Assembly: GCA_050183625.1 (NCBI GenBank) | Contig: JBFXBD010000022.1 | Location: 23,052-87,051 of the forward strand | DNA: 64,000 nt | Origin: Gammaproteobacteria bacterium | Lineage (GTDB): Bacteria; Pseudomonadota; Gammaproteobacteria; JADZEE01 | Reading direction: 5' to 3' | Shown: piece after piece, positions 8,669 through 18,526 of the stretch | Layout of the letters: every line of letters begins with the position of its first letter | Numbering within the stretch: position 1 is the stretch's first letter | The notes under the pieces: model-generated | What the model was told of the DNA's origin: nothing | Database searches by the model: none | Seen by the model: the letters and a program-made list of their open reading frames with translations, nothing else | Translations under genes and position numbers: made by a program

Positions 8669-10177
8669 ATGAGATTGCCATTCCTGGCGACGTGGCTGAT
8701 GGTGCTGGGCATCCTGTCGTGCCGCCCGGCTTCTGCGCAGTCGTTCTGGGTCGAGGAGGTCGTCACCGGGCTGAACGTGCCCTGGTCGATGGCCTGGCTG
8801 CCGGACGGGGACATGCTGATCACCGAGAAGTTCGGTGGCCTGCGCGTGGTGCGCGACGGCAAGCTGGTGCCGGAGCCCGTGGCCGGCGTTCCGGCGACCT
8901 ACCGGGGCAGCATCAACGGCCTGCTGGACATCGCGCTCGATCCGGATTTCGCGACCAACCAGCGCGTGTACCTGACCTACGACGAAGGCACCGAAACGCG
9001 CGGGCACGGCGTGCTCTATCGCGCGCGCTGGGATGGTCGTGCACTGGTCGACGGCAAGGTCATCTATCGCACGACGCTTGCGAGCGGGCTGGCACCGCAC
9101 TCCGGGCTCACGCGCCTGGCGTTCCTGCCGGACAAGACGCTGCTGGTCGGCGTGGTCGTGGACGATACGCGCCGGTTCCTGGCGCAGCGCCTGAACTACG
9201 ACCACGGCAAGATCCTGCGCCTGGATCGCGACGGTGGCGCTGTGGCCGACAATCCATTCGCCGCGCAGGACGGAGCCCTGCCGCAGGTGTACTCGCGCGG
9301 ACACCGGGTGATCACGGGGCTCGCGCACGATCCCGTCTCCGGAGCCGTGTGGGAGGTCGAGAACGGTCCGCAGGGCGGCGATGAGCTGAACGTGATCCGG
9401 GCGGGCGCGAACTACGGCTGGCCGGACGCGACCTATGGCATCCAGTACGACGGGCAAACGATCAGCACGGCACCCGAGCAGGCGGGGATCGACAAGCCGC
9501 TGGCCTACTGGGTGCCGTCCATCGCGCCTTCCGGGCTGGCGTTCGTGCGCGGCGGGCGCTACCCGCGGTGGCAGGAGGCGATCCTGGTCGGTGCACTGTC
9601 CGGGCGCCACCTGCGGCTCGTGCACCTGCGTGACGGCAGGCCCGATGCGCAGGAGACGCTGCTCGCGGATCTGAAGGAACGCATCCGGGACGTGCGCGTC
9701 GGGCCCGACGGCTACATCTACCTGCTGACGGACAACCAGCACGGGCGCCTGCTGCGGCTGCGTCCAGGTATGCCGCCGGCCGATGCGCACGCGCGCGTTG
9801 CCCGTGCGCTGCCCGAGCTGACCAACCCGACGACCGATACGATGGACCTGAAGCCCAAGCCGGTGGACGCCGATCGCGGCGCACGGCTGTTCGCGCAGCA
9901 GTGCGCGCAGTGTCACGCGACGACCCCGGGCGCCGGCACACCCGCCGGACCAAGCCTCGCCGGCGTCGTCGGCGCCCGGCCGGCCACCGGCAGCTACCCG
10001 TATTCGGATGAACTGCGCAATGCGGCCCTGCGTTGGGAGTCCCCGATCCTGGAACGCTACCTCGCCGGCCCGGACGTATTCCTGCACGGCAGCCGGATGC
10101 CCGGCCCGGCCGTACGCAGCGCCCAGGATCGCGCCGACCTCATCGGCTACCTGCAGCGCTGCTGCGCCGCCCCCTGA
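8669..10177 (+). CDS. PQQ-dependent sugar dehydrogenase (sGDH/YliI-like beta-propeller) fused to a C-terminal cytochrome c domain
   Basis: There is a signal peptide and a sorbosone/glucose dehydrogenase-like propeller region. The C-terminal roughly 100 aa carry a CAQCH heme-binding motif. Confidence 0.75.
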   Translation: MRLPFLATWLMVLGILSCRPASAQSFWVEEVVTGLNVPWSMAWLPDGDMLITEKFGGLRVVRDGKLVPEPVAGVPATYRGSINGLLDIALDPDFATNQRVYLTYDEGTETRGHGVLYRARWDGRALVDGKVIYRTTLASGLAPHSGLTRLAFLPDKTLLVGVVVDDTRRFLAQRLNYDHGKILRLDRDGGAVADNPFAAQDGALPQVYSRGHRVITGLAHDPVSGAVWEVENGPQGGDELNVIRAGANYGWPDATYGIQYDGQTISTAPEQAGIDKPLAYWVPSIAPSGLAFVRGGRYPRWQEAILVGALSGRHLRLVHLRDGRPDAQETLLADLKERIRDVRVGPDGYIYLLTDNQHGRLLRLRPGMPPADAHARVARALPELTNPTTDTMDLKPKPVDADRGARLFAQQCAQCHATTPGAGTPAGPSLAGVVGARPATGSYPYSDELRNAALRWESPILERYLAGPDVFLHGSRMPGPAVRSAQDRADLIGYLQRCCAAP

Positions 10178-10200
10178 TCGATCCGGAGATGGATCGATTG
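10178..10200 (+). terminator. Possible hairpin after the PQQ-DH stop
   Basis: atcgatccggagatggatcgat is an 8-bp inverted repeat immediately after the TGA, followed by a T-containing tract. Confidence 0.25.
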
Positions 10201-10285
10201 TTTCCGATTCGACGATTCGAGCGAGCGAATCGGGAGCAGGATCCGTCCCCAGGAGATCCATGATGATCGTGAAAAGGGCGCGGGG

Positions 10286-12391
10286 ATGAGCCGGTACGCT
10301 CGGGCCAGTGGTCCGCCCCGACTGCGGCGCCTGGGCGGATGTTTCGCGCTGCTGTGCGTCGCGCTTGCCTGCCGGTGCGCCGATGGCGCCGAAGGTATCG
10401 CGGATCCGTCCTGGCAGCAGTCGGCGCAGCAGCGGCACGCCACGGTTCTCATCACCCGGTTCGTCGAGAACTATCATTTCCGCAAGCACTCGTTCGGCGC
10501 TGATCTGTCGATGCGGATCCACGATCGCTACCTGCAGATGCTGGATCCGGATCGCAGCTTTTTCGTCCGCGAGGACCTGCAGCGATTCGCGTGGTTTCGC
10601 CTGACGATCCCGGAGCTGCTCGTGAACGCGGATCTCGACCCCGCGATTGACGTCTTCCGCACCTTCCAGGCACGTGTGGATGATCGGGTCGCCTTCGTCG
10701 AAGCGCTGCTCGCCGCGCCGATCGATTTCGAAGTCGAGGATCGCTTCCGGACCGATCGGCACCGCGCGCCGTGGGTGGAGAGCCGGACTGAACTCGACGT
10801 GCTCTGGCGCAGGATCGTCAAGATGGACTATCTGGCGCTCGAAGCCGAGGATCGAACCGGCCCGGAGATTGTCGACATCCTGCGCAACCGCTACCGCAAG
10901 ATGGGCGACAACGTCCGGCGCGCGACGGTGCGGGACGTGCACGCCATGTTCATCAATGCGTACCTGTCGACGGTCGACGAAGAGACGGCCTATTCGGGAA
11001 CGCGGCAGGCCGGCACTTCCGCCGCGCCTGCCGGAGCAATCGGAGTCCTCCTGGAGAGTTCCGGGATCGACGTAGTCGTCGCGGCAGTCGTGCCGGGCAG
11101 CGGCGCGGATCGGGCTGACGCGCTGCGCGCCGGCGATGCAATCGTCTCGGTCGGCGAAGGCGAGTCCGGGCCGATGGTCGACGTCGTGGGATGGGGTGCG
11201 CGCGACGTGGCGCAATTGCTGGAAGGGCCGGTCGGTACGCGGGTGCGCCTGCAGGTGCGTCCGCGCGCCTACGGCTCGATTCCGATGTCGATTCGAACCG
11301 AACTCGTGCGCGAGCCGCCGGCCTCGGCGGTCGAACCGGCGCAGCACATCGTTCTCGAAGCGCGCGGTGGCAGCGACACGATTCGGGTCGGCGTCATCGG
11401 CCTGAGATCCTTCTACGCTGACGCCGGCGAGGCTCCCGATCGCGGCGGGCGCGATTCCGGGGCGGCTCGCGACGTCAGGCGATCCATCGACGAACTGGGT
11501 GCCGCCAACATCGACGGGCTCATCCTGGATCTGCGCGGCAATCGCGGCGGCTTGAGCTCGCAGGGCGATGCGGTGGCGGGCCTGTTCCTCGACGGCGGGC
11601 CGATCATGCAGGTGTTTTCCGCCGGCAGGATCACCGTGGCGAAGGATCCGATCAAGGGTCGCGCGTACGCGGGCCCTCTGGCGGTGCTCATCGATCGCGG
11701 CAGCGGTGGTGCGGCGGAGGCGGTCGCGGCCGCCGTCCAGGATTACCGGCGCGGCATCGTCATCGGCGAAACCAGTGCGGGAAGCGCCGGGATCCGCAAT
11801 CTCATCGACCTGGACCGATTCGCGCAGGGCGGGCTGCGCGGGCTCGGCACGCTGCGCGCGACGATCGGGGAGTTCCATCGCGTGTCCGGCGCTCCGGTCG
11901 ACCGGGTGGGTGTCGCGCCGGATGTCGAACTGGCCGGCGCGTTCGGCCCGCGCGGGCGCCGGGAAGCACGCATTGCCCAGCCATCGAGCCCAATCAGGCG
12001 CGCCCGATTCAAGCCCGAACGTCCTGTCGATGTCGATGTGGCGGAGTTGAACCGCCGGCATCTGGAGCGCGCGCAGTCCGACGCGGCGCTGATCGCGATG
12101 GGGCGGCTGCAACGCATGGCCGAACAGTGGCAGGCGCGCACCGAGATCGATCTGCGCCGGGAAGGGTATCGGGCGCAGGCGGCCGCCGTACGGGACGGGA
12201 TCCACGCGGTGCTGCGCGACTGGCGCACCGGCGGGCGCGACGCACCCAATCACGACGCGGACGGGGACGAGGAGGACCTGGGCCGCCTGGAACGCGAGGT
12301 GCAAGCCGCACTGGTCCAGGAAGCGGTCAACATCATGGCCGATTACATCGGCGCACTGCGCAACTCCACTCCCACTGCGTCCCGGCGTTGA
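10286..12391 (+). CDS. prc: Carboxy-terminal processing (tail-specific) protease, S41 family
   Basis: A YHFRKH...LDPDRSFF Prc-like N-domain, a PDZ region and S41 catalytic motifs (GLILDLRGNRGG and GETSAGSAG) are present. It is 701 aa. Confidence 0.85.
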   Translation: MSRYARASGPPRLRRLGGCFALLCVALACRCADGAEGIADPSWQQSAQQRHATVLITRFVENYHFRKHSFGADLSMRIHDRYLQMLDPDRSFFVREDLQRFAWFRLTIPELLVNADLDPAIDVFRTFQARVDDRVAFVEALLAAPIDFEVEDRFRTDRHRAPWVESRTELDVLWRRIVKMDYLALEAEDRTGPEIVDILRNRYRKMGDNVRRATVRDVHAMFINAYLSTVDEETAYSGTRQAGTSAAPAGAIGVLLESSGIDVVVAAVVPGSGADRADALRAGDAIVSVGEGESGPMVDVVGWGARDVAQLLEGPVGTRVRLQVRPRAYGSIPMSIRTELVREPPASAVEPAQHIVLEARGGSDTIRVGVIGLRSFYADAGEAPDRGGRDSGAARDVRRSIDELGAANIDGLILDLRGNRGGLSSQGDAVAGLFLDGGPIMQVFSAGRITVAKDPIKGRAYAGPLAVLIDRGSGGAAEAVAAAVQDYRRGIVIGETSAGSAGIRNLIDLDRFAQGGLRGLGTLRATIGEFHRVSGAPVDRVGVAPDVELAGAFGPRGRREARIAQPSSPIRRARFKPERPVDVDVAELNRRHLERAQSDAALIAMGRLQRMAEQWQARTEIDLRREGYRAQAAAVRDGIHAVLRDWRTGGRDAPNHDADGDEEDLGRLEREVQAALVQEAVNIMADYIGALRNSTPTASRR

Positions 12392-12397
12392 GCCCGG

Positions 12398-12418
12398 GGC
12401 GCCCGCCTTGCGGGCGCG
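12398..12418. terminator. GC-rich hairpin between convergent genes (putative bidirectional terminator)
   Basis: ggcgcccgc-cttg-cgggcgc forms a 7-8 bp stem. It lies exactly between the prc stop at 12391 and the stop of the minus-strand PEP-CTERM gene at 12419. Confidence 0.35.
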
Positions 12419-13249
12419 TCAACGGACTGCGCGACGCCTGAGAACCGGCAGCAGCAGGGCGGACAGCAGCATCGGCAGTGCACCCGGCAACGGCACCGGG
12501 GCGATGATTTCGCCGAACGTCCCGGAGGTGGAACCCGCCAGGGAGACGCCCGGCGGCAGGTTCAGGGTCAGCCGGGCGGTATTGTCCAGGCGGCCGGAGA
12601 TGACGTCGCCGGGCCGGGCATAGAACACGCTGAAGCCGAGGAAGGTGTCGAGGTAGACGTCCGTGTCACCCTCGACTTCGATGGTGACGCTGAGCACGTC
12701 GTCGATCGCGCCCGGCACGCTGTAGGTGTTCAGGTCGCTGCCCTGGATGCCGCCGACCGGACCAAAGAACATCGAGGCATTGACCCGCGGCAGCAGGGGA
12801 ATGCCGGGCGCGAAGTCCAACTCGCCGTCGATCGCCATCTCCAGCGTCACGAGCTGCTTGCCGGGCAATGCAGAGTGCAGTGTCAGCGTGTCGCGGATCT
12901 GGGCGCTCACCTGCAGGATGGCCAGCCCGTCGCCGACCAGATCGGTCGTGCCGGCGTTCTCCAGCATCCCGAGCGCCTTCAGGGTCTGGTTGCCGATGTC
13001 GGCCTGGGCGAAATACTCGAAGGTCGCGCCGCTGTCGGCGACCGTGACGACCGAGCGCGTGTATGGCGGCTCGGTCTCGGTCTGCGTGTCGGCGGACAGC
13101 GGCGGGCTCGGCCGCAGGCGGCCGTCGAGATCGACCACGCCAATCGCCTCGATGCCGGTGTCGTCGCGCAGCACCGCCTGGGCCTGCGTGGCAGCCAGGC
13201 CGGCAATTGTCGCGAGCAAGAGAACGCCCGAACGCGCGATGCCTTTCAT
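12419..13249 (-). CDS. Secreted protein with a C-terminal PEP-CTERM-type sorting tail
   Basis: There is an N-terminal signal peptide (MKGIARSGVLLLATIAGLAATQAQA). The C-terminus VPLPGALPMLLSALLLPVLRRRAVR has a P-x-P motif, a hydrophobic helix and an Arg cluster. Confidence 0.6.
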   Translation of the reverse strand: MKGIARSGVLLLATIAGLAATQAQAVLRDDTGIEAIGVVDLDGRLRPSPPLSADTQTETEPPYTRSVVTVADSGATFEYFAQADIGNQTLKALGMLENAGTTDLVGDGLAILQVSAQIRDTLTLHSALPGKQLVTLEMAIDGELDFAPGIPLLPRVNASMFFGPVGGIQGSDLNTYSVPGAIDDVLSVTIEVEGDTDVYLDTFLGFSVFYARPGDVISGRLDNTARLTLNLPPGVSLAGSTSGTFGEIIAPVPLPGALPMLLSALLLPVLRRRAVR

Positions 13250-13410
13250 TGGGTCCTCCGGGGATCACGTGGCGGCTGGATTCAGGGTAGGAGCCGATCG
13301 AAATCCGGAACAGTTCAGGATTTCCGGAATTCTTGCTTGTTCTTCCGCGCGCCTGCCTCCACGATCCCGGCGACGTATCCGGCTGCCGAGCCGGCATCGC
13401 CGGGCTGGCC

Positions 13411-14322
13411 ATGGACGCACTGACTTCTCTGCTACAGGGGCTCAACCTGCGCGCGCGCGTCGCCTACATCGGCGGCGTGTGCGGGCGCTGGGCTGTCGAT
13501 CACAACTCGCAAACGGCGATCTGGTTCCACCTGCTGGTCAAGGGCAGGGGCTGGGGGTACTCCAGCGCCTGGGATCGCCCGCTGGCGCTGGAGGAGGGCG
13601 ACCTGCTGCTGTTCATGCCGCATGCGCCGACCCACTACCTCTCCTACAGCAGCGAGGAACTGGTGTTCGACGCCGAAGGCGCGGCCAAGGTGCCGATGGC
13701 TGAAGGCTCCAGCGGCTTCGCCTGCGGCCTGTTCGAGCTGGAGGCACCGCAGGCGCCCTGGTGGCGCGTACTGCCGGGCGAGATCCTGATCCGGCGCCGG
13801 GACGCAGGGGACCAGCTCGCGCGGGTGATGCAGATCATCGTCGACGAGGCGCTTTCCGGCCGCCTGGCGAGCGAGATCATGATCGAGCGCCTGATCGACA
13901 GTTGCTTCCTGCTGGTGGTGCGGCACTGCGTGGAACGTGGCCTGCTGGGCGAAGGCCTGCTCGGCGCGTTTTCGGATCGACGCCTGCAAGGGCTGCTCGA
14001 ACGCCTGCACCGCGAGCCGGCGCGCGGCTGGACACTGGCGGAACTCTGCGCGATCGGCGGCATGTCCAAGAGTGTGCTGAGCGAACGCTTCAATGCCGCG
14101 TTCGGCTGCGCGCCGATGGAATACCTCAAGGCCTGGCGCATGCAACTGGCCGCCGGCTGGCTGCGCGGCGGCGGCGGCGACAGCATCGAGCGCATCGCCG
14201 GGCGCTGCGGCTACGAATCCGTACCGGCGTTCACTCGCGCGTTCCGCCAGTTCGCCGGCGTCGCGCCGGGCGCCTACCGCCGTCACGCGACGAAGCCGGA
14301 GGCCGTCGCGGAAGCGGTTTGA
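13411..14322 (+). CDS. AraC-family transcriptional regulator (cupin N-domain plus C-terminal AraC HTH)
   Basis: The C-terminal region WTLAELCAIGGMSKSVLSERFNAAFGCAPMEYLKAWRMQLAAGWL is a typical AraC HTH. The start at the internal ATG 13411 is chosen by domain length. Confidence 0.65.
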   Translation: MDALTSLLQGLNLRARVAYIGGVCGRWAVDHNSQTAIWFHLLVKGRGWGYSSAWDRPLALEEGDLLLFMPHAPTHYLSYSSEELVFDAEGAAKVPMAEGSSGFACGLFELEAPQAPWWRVLPGEILIRRRDAGDQLARVMQIIVDEALSGRLASEIMIERLIDSCFLLVVRHCVERGLLGEGLLGAFSDRRLQGLLERLHREPARGWTLAELCAIGGMSKSVLSERFNAAFGCAPMEYLKAWRMQLAAGWLRGGGGDSIERIAGRCGYESVPAFTRAFRQFAGVAPGAYRRHATKPEAVAEAV

Positions 14323-14349
14323 AGCCGGAAGCCCAAAGCCGTCCCCGCG

Positions 14350-15456
14350 TCATGGTGAACGGTGGGCGCCGTCGAACGAGGCCGCCTTGACCAGCGCGTA
14401 GACGTTGCCGCCCGGGGCGAGTCCGAGCGTGGCGGCGGCCTCGCGGGTGATGCGGGAGCGCAGGCGCGCGCCGCCGATGTCCACGAGCACGTCGGCGAAT
14501 GGCGAGCGCGGGTCGGCGTCGATCTGCAGCACCGTGCCGGGGAATACGTTGCGGATGCTCACCGGGCCGGGCGGTGCGAGTGCCAGCGCCACGTCGCGCG
14601 CGCGGATGCGCACCCGGACCTCGCCTCCCACCGGGACCTGCACCCGCGGGATCACCATGGCGCGGCCGTGCATGTCCAGGTGGGTGAGCAGGTATGACTC
14701 GTCCTGCCCCGTCACGCGCGCCGCGAGCACGACGCCGGCGTCGAAGCTGCCGGTGGCGTAGTCCAGGTTCATGCGTTCGAGCACGTCGCTGGCCGGCCCC
14801 TGCGCGAGCACGCTGCCCGCGGCGAGCATCACCACGTGGTCGGCCAGGCGCGCCACCTCGGTCACGTCGTGGCTGACGTAGAACACCGGCACCGGCATGT
14901 CCGCGCGTAGCGCGACCAGCAGCGCGAGCAGTTCCTCGCGCCCGGCCGCGTCGAGCGACGACAGCGGCTCGTCCATGAGCAGCACGGCCGGCCGTCCCAG
15001 CAGCGCGCGCGCCAGTGCGACGCGCTGGCGCTCGCCGCCGGACAGGCGCGCCGTGCCGCGTTCGAGCAGGTGGGCGATGCCGACCTGCGCGGCGATCCGC
15101 TCCAGTTCGCGCGCCGCGCCGCCGCCCTCGCCGAACGCGCGCCGCGTGGCATAGCGCAGGTTGCCGCGAACGCTCAGGTGCGGGAACAGGCTCGGCTCCT
15201 GGAACACATACCCCACGCCACGGCGGTGCGTGGGCAGGAAGGTTCCGGTTGCGTCGTCCTGCCAGGATTCCGCGCCGATGCGCACGTGCCCGGCCAGCCG
15301 CGCCAGCCCGGCGATGCAGCGCAGCAGCGTGGTCTTGCCGCTGCCGGACGGACCGAACAGCGCGGTGACGCCCGCCATCGGCGCGCTGAACCGGGCCCGC
15401 AGCGAGAAATCGCCCAGCCGGCCCGTGCAGGCGATGTCGATGCCGGTTCCGCTCAT
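14350..15456 (-). CDS. modC: Molybdate ABC transporter ATP-binding protein with C-terminal TOBE/Mop domain
   Basis: Walker [10 protein letters not shown], signature [15 protein letters not shown] and Walker [12 protein letters not shown] are present, followed by a C-terminal Mop domain. The ATG at 15454-15456 overlaps the modB stop (ATGA). The 588-aa track ORF is an over-extension. Confidence 0.85.
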   Translation of the reverse strand: MSGTGIDIACTGRLGDFSLRARFSAPMAGVTALFGPSGSGKTTLLRCIAGLARLAGHVRIGAESWQDDATGTFLPTHRRGVGYVFQEPSLFPHLSVRGNLRYATRRAFGEGGGAARELERIAAQVGIAHLLERGTARLSGGERQRVALARALLGRPAVLLMDEPLSSLDAAGREELLALLVALRADMPVPVFYVSHDVTEVARLADHVVMLAAGSVLAQGPASDVLERMNLDYATGSFDAGVVLAARVTGQDESYLLTHLDMHGRAMVIPRVQVPVGGEVRVRIRARDVALALAPPGPVSIRNVFPGTVLQIDADPRSPFADVLVDIGGARLRSRITREAAATLGLAPGGNVYALVKAASFDGAHRSP

Positions 15457-16157
15457 GCACGCAGCCGCCGGGCGCGCCGCTCGATCAACATGACGGCCAG
15501 GATCACCAGGAACGAGAACGCCACCATGCCGCCCGCCAGCGCGTGCGTCGCAGCCCACTGGCCGGTCTCCACGTAGTCGTAGATGGCCACCGAAAGGACC
15601 TTCGTCTCGCCGGGGATGTTGCCGCCGATCATCAGTACGACGCCGAACTCGCCCACGGTGTGCGCGAAGCCCAGCACCGCGCCGGTGGCCAGGCCCGGCC
15701 GCGCGAGCGGCAGCGAAACGCTCCAGAACCGATCCCAGGGGCCGGCGCGCAGCGTCGCGGCGACTTCCAGCGGCCGCTCGCCGATCGCCTCGAAGGCATT
15801 GCGGATCGGTTGCACCACGAACGGCATCGAGTAGATCACCGAGCCGAACACCAGCCCTTCGAATGTGAACGCCAGCGTGCGCAGGCCCCACAGCGGGGCG
15901 ATTGCGCCGCCGGGGCCGCCCGGCCCCAGGAACAACAGCAGGTAGAAGCCCAGCACCGTGGGCGGCAGTACCAGCGGCAGGGCGACGATGGCGGCCGCGG
16001 CCTCGCGCCAGCGCCGGCGTGACCGCGCCAGCCACCAGGCCAGCGGCGTGGAGACGACGAGCAGCACGGCCGTGGAGATCGACGCCAGCTCCAGCGTGAG
16101 CCGGATCGGTTCCCACAGTTCCGAAGAAGCCGGCAGCGACGTCGACACCCGGATCAA
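15453..16157 (-). CDS. modB: Molybdate ABC transporter permease
   Basis: A ModB-like permease of 234 aa with an EAA-like loop. It overlaps modA and modC by 4 nt each. Confidence 0.85.
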   Translation of the reverse strand: MIRVSTSLPASSELWEPIRLTLELASISTAVLLVVSTPLAWWLARSRRRWREAAAAIVALPLVLPPTVLGFYLLLFLGPGGPGGAIAPLWGLRTLAFTFEGLVFGSVIYSMPFVVQPIRNAFEAIGERPLEVAATLRAGPWDRFWSVSLPLARPGLATGAVLGFAHTVGEFGVVLMIGGNIPGETKVLSVAIYDYVETGQWAATHALAGGMVAFSFLVILAVMLIERRARRLRA

Positions 16158-16909
16158 TCGCCGGGGCCGTAGCCGTACTGGACTTTCACCGCGCGCGCCG
16201 CATCGCCGCGCAGGAACGCGAGAAAGGCGCGCGCGGCGGCGGTGTCACCGGCAGCGAGCAGCACGGCGTCCTGGGCGATCGGCGCGTGCAGGGTCTCCGG
16301 GACCACCCAGCGCGAACCGCGCGCGTGGCCGGCCACCTGCGACAGGGCCACGAACCCCAGTTCCGCATTGCCGGTCTCGATGAACTGGAAGGTCTGGGCG
16401 ATGTTCTGGCCCTGGACCAGCTTCGGTTCGATGGCCGCATGTACGCCGAGTGCCTTCATGGTTTCCACCGCGGCTGCGCCGTAGGGGGCCGCCGTCGGGC
16501 TGGCGATCGCAAGCCGCGTGAAGGCGGCCTCCCGCAGCGTCGTATCGCCCTTCACCCGCCCGGAGTCGGCACTGTAGAGCACGAGCCGCCCGGTGGCATA
16601 GGTGAACAGGGTGTCCTTCACGGCCAGTCCCGCCGCGACTGCGTCCGCCGGCCGCTGCCGGTCGGCGGAGAGGAACACCTGAAACGGCGCACCTTGTGTG
16701 ATCTGGGCGTACAACTGCCCCGTGGAACCGAAGCTGTAGAGAACCTTGTGGCCGCTGGCCTGTTCGAACTTCGCGGCGATCGCGTTGGCGGCCTCGGTGA
16801 AATTGGCCGCGACCGCGACCCGCACCTCGTCGGCGCGGGCACCCGCGGCGCAGGTGCCAATCACGACGAGGTTGAGCAGGTGGCCGAGGAAGGAACGATG
16901 GGCCCGCAT
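16154..16909 (-). CDS. modA: Molybdate-binding periplasmic protein
   Basis: A signal peptide and ModA-family motifs ([28 protein letters not shown]) are present. It is the first gene of the modABC operon. Confidence 0.8.
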   Translation of the reverse strand: MRAHRSFLGHLLNLVVIGTCAAGARADEVRVAVAANFTEAANAIAAKFEQASGHKVLYSFGSTGQLYAQITQGAPFQVFLSADRQRPADAVAAGLAVKDTLFTYATGRLVLYSADSGRVKGDTTLREAAFTRLAIASPTAAPYGAAAVETMKALGVHAAIEPKLVQGQNIAQTFQFIETGNAELGFVALSQVAGHARGSRWVVPETLHAPIAQDAVLLAAGDTAAARAFLAFLRGDAARAVKVQYGYGPGD

Positions 16910-16920
16910 GTAAACGCCCT

Positions 16921-16945
16921 CGATATATTTACATATACATAACGG
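16921..16945. promoter_or_regulatory. ModE-type operator (molybdate-responsive repressor binding site) in the modA / outer-membrane-channel divergent region
   Basis: cgatatatttacatatacataacgg follows the CG(A/T)TATAT-N-TACATAACG architecture of E. coli ModE boxes, recalled from memory. It is the only AT-rich island in this roughly 130-bp intergenic region. Confidence 0.55.
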
Positions 16946-17040
16946 AGCCTATCCAATTAGACTGCGACCCGCAAGGCGCGAGTCCGCACGCGCGGACCTG
17001 CGCCACGCGCCTTCCTTGCCTCACGACGGAGCCGGGATCC

Positions 17041-18420
17041 ATGTCGCGACCGATTCGATGGCCGTTCACCCTGTTGCTGCTGGCCGCCATCGCGGGACCG
17101 GTTCGCGCGGGCGAGGACCCCTGGCGCCTCGGCCAGGCGCTCGGCGTGCCGGCATGGCTGTCGCTCGGCGGCGAGTATCGCGTCCGCCTGGAGAACCTGG
17201 ACAACCAGTTCCGCGCCGGCCGGCGCGGCGGGGACCAGGTATTGGTCCATCGCACCAGCCTGCTGGCCCGGATCGATCTGCCTTCCGCGCGCATCGTCGC
17301 CGAGGCACTGGACGCACGTGCCTCGCTCGCCGATGCCGGCACGCCCCTGTCGACCGCCGACGTCAACCCGATCGACCTGCTGCAGGCGTACCTTGAATTG
17401 ACGCTGCGCGACGCCCCGGTGACGGGCGGCACGAGCGTCCTGCGGCTCGGACGGTTCACGATGGACATGGGCAGCCGCCGCCTCGTGGCGCGCAATCGCT
17501 ACCGAAACACCATCAATGCGTTCACGGGAGCGGACTGGACGATCACCGGCGCCAGCCAGACGCAGACGCGGCTTTTCTTCGTCCTGCCCGTGCAACGACT
17601 GGCCGGCACGAACCTGCTGGAAGCCGAGGCGCAGGCCGACGACCAGTCCGGCGACGTCCGGCTCTGGGGATTTCACCATGCGCGTGGGGGCCTGCCCGCG
17701 AACAGCCGGGGCGAGTTCTACGTGCTCGGGCTCGACGAACGCGACGACGACGCGCTGGCCACGCGCGACCGCCGCCTGTACACCGCCGGCCTGCGCCTGT
17801 ACCGCGACCCGGTGCCCGGCGCGTTCGATTTCCAGATCGAATCGGCACTGCAGTTCGGCGAGTCCAGGGCGAGCGCCAGCGCCGCGGATCGCCGCGACCT
17901 GGATCACCGCGCCCACTTTCAACACGTCGAGGTCGGGTACAGCTTCCAGCGCCCGTGGAAGCCGCGCCTGGTGGTCCAGTACGACTACGCCAGCGGCGAC
18001 GACTCGCCGCTCGACGACGAGAACAATCAGTTCGACACGCTGTTCGGCGCCCGCCGCTTCGACTTCGGCCCCACCGGCGGGTACGGCGCGTTCGCGCGCG
18101 CGAACATCAGCTCCCCGGGGCTGCGCCTGCTGCTGGCACCCTCGGCGCGCGTGAAGATCATGGCCGCGCTGCGCGGCTTCTGGCTGGCTTCGGATCGGGA
18201 CGCCTGGACCGGAGCCGGGGTGCGCGACGCCACCGGCAATTCGGGCAGCTACATTGGGACGCAGGCGGAAGCGGAGATCCGCTGGAGCATCATCCCCGGC
18301 AACCTGGATCTGGAAACCGGTATCGCGCACGTGTCCGGCGGTGGGCTCATGGAACGCCCGCCCGGCAATGGAAACGGCGATCCGACCTACGTCTTCCTCG
18401 CGGCGACCTTCACGTTCTGA
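17041..18420 (+). CDS. Alginate-export-family (AlgE-like) outer-membrane beta-barrel channel
   Basis: There is a signal peptide, an alternating beta-strand pattern and a C-terminal aromatic residue (ATFTF). It lies divergent from modA across the ModE box. Confidence 0.65.
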   Translation: MSRPIRWPFTLLLLAAIAGPVRAGEDPWRLGQALGVPAWLSLGGEYRVRLENLDNQFRAGRRGGDQVLVHRTSLLARIDLPSARIVAEALDARASLADAGTPLSTADVNPIDLLQAYLELTLRDAPVTGGTSVLRLGRFTMDMGSRRLVARNRYRNTINAFTGADWTITGASQTQTRLFFVLPVQRLAGTNLLEAEAQADDQSGDVRLWGFHHARGGLPANSRGEFYVLGLDERDDDALATRDRRLYTAGLRLYRDPVPGAFDFQIESALQFGESRASASAADRRDLDHRAHFQHVEVGYSFQRPWKPRLVVQYDYASGDDSPLDDENNQFDTLFGARRFDFGPTGGYGAFARANISSPGLRLLLAPSARVKIMAALRGFWLASDRDAWTGAGVRDATGNSGSYIGTQAEAEIRWSIIPGNLDLETGIAHVSGGGLMERPPGNGNGDPTYVFLAATFTF

Positions 18421-18526
18421 CGCCGCCGGTGCTGCCTCACCCGCGCGGCGCCGGCGCGGGCTGCAACGGCACCTGAGGCGGGCAAGGCGCCCGGCTCGCC
18501 TCGGCGCCGCAGGCGCGCCGGGGCGC

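Noticed and set aside
8558-12304. 1248-aa minus-strand ORF
   Set aside because: It is antisense to the well-supported PQQ-DH and prc genes and has an Arg/Ala/Gly-rich composition with no motifs. This is a typical high-GC antisense artefact.
14231-15460. 409-aa minus-strand ORF overlapping modC
   Set aside because: It is an alternative frame of the modC region with Arg/Gly/Ala composition. The real gene is in the ABC-motif frame (14350-15456).
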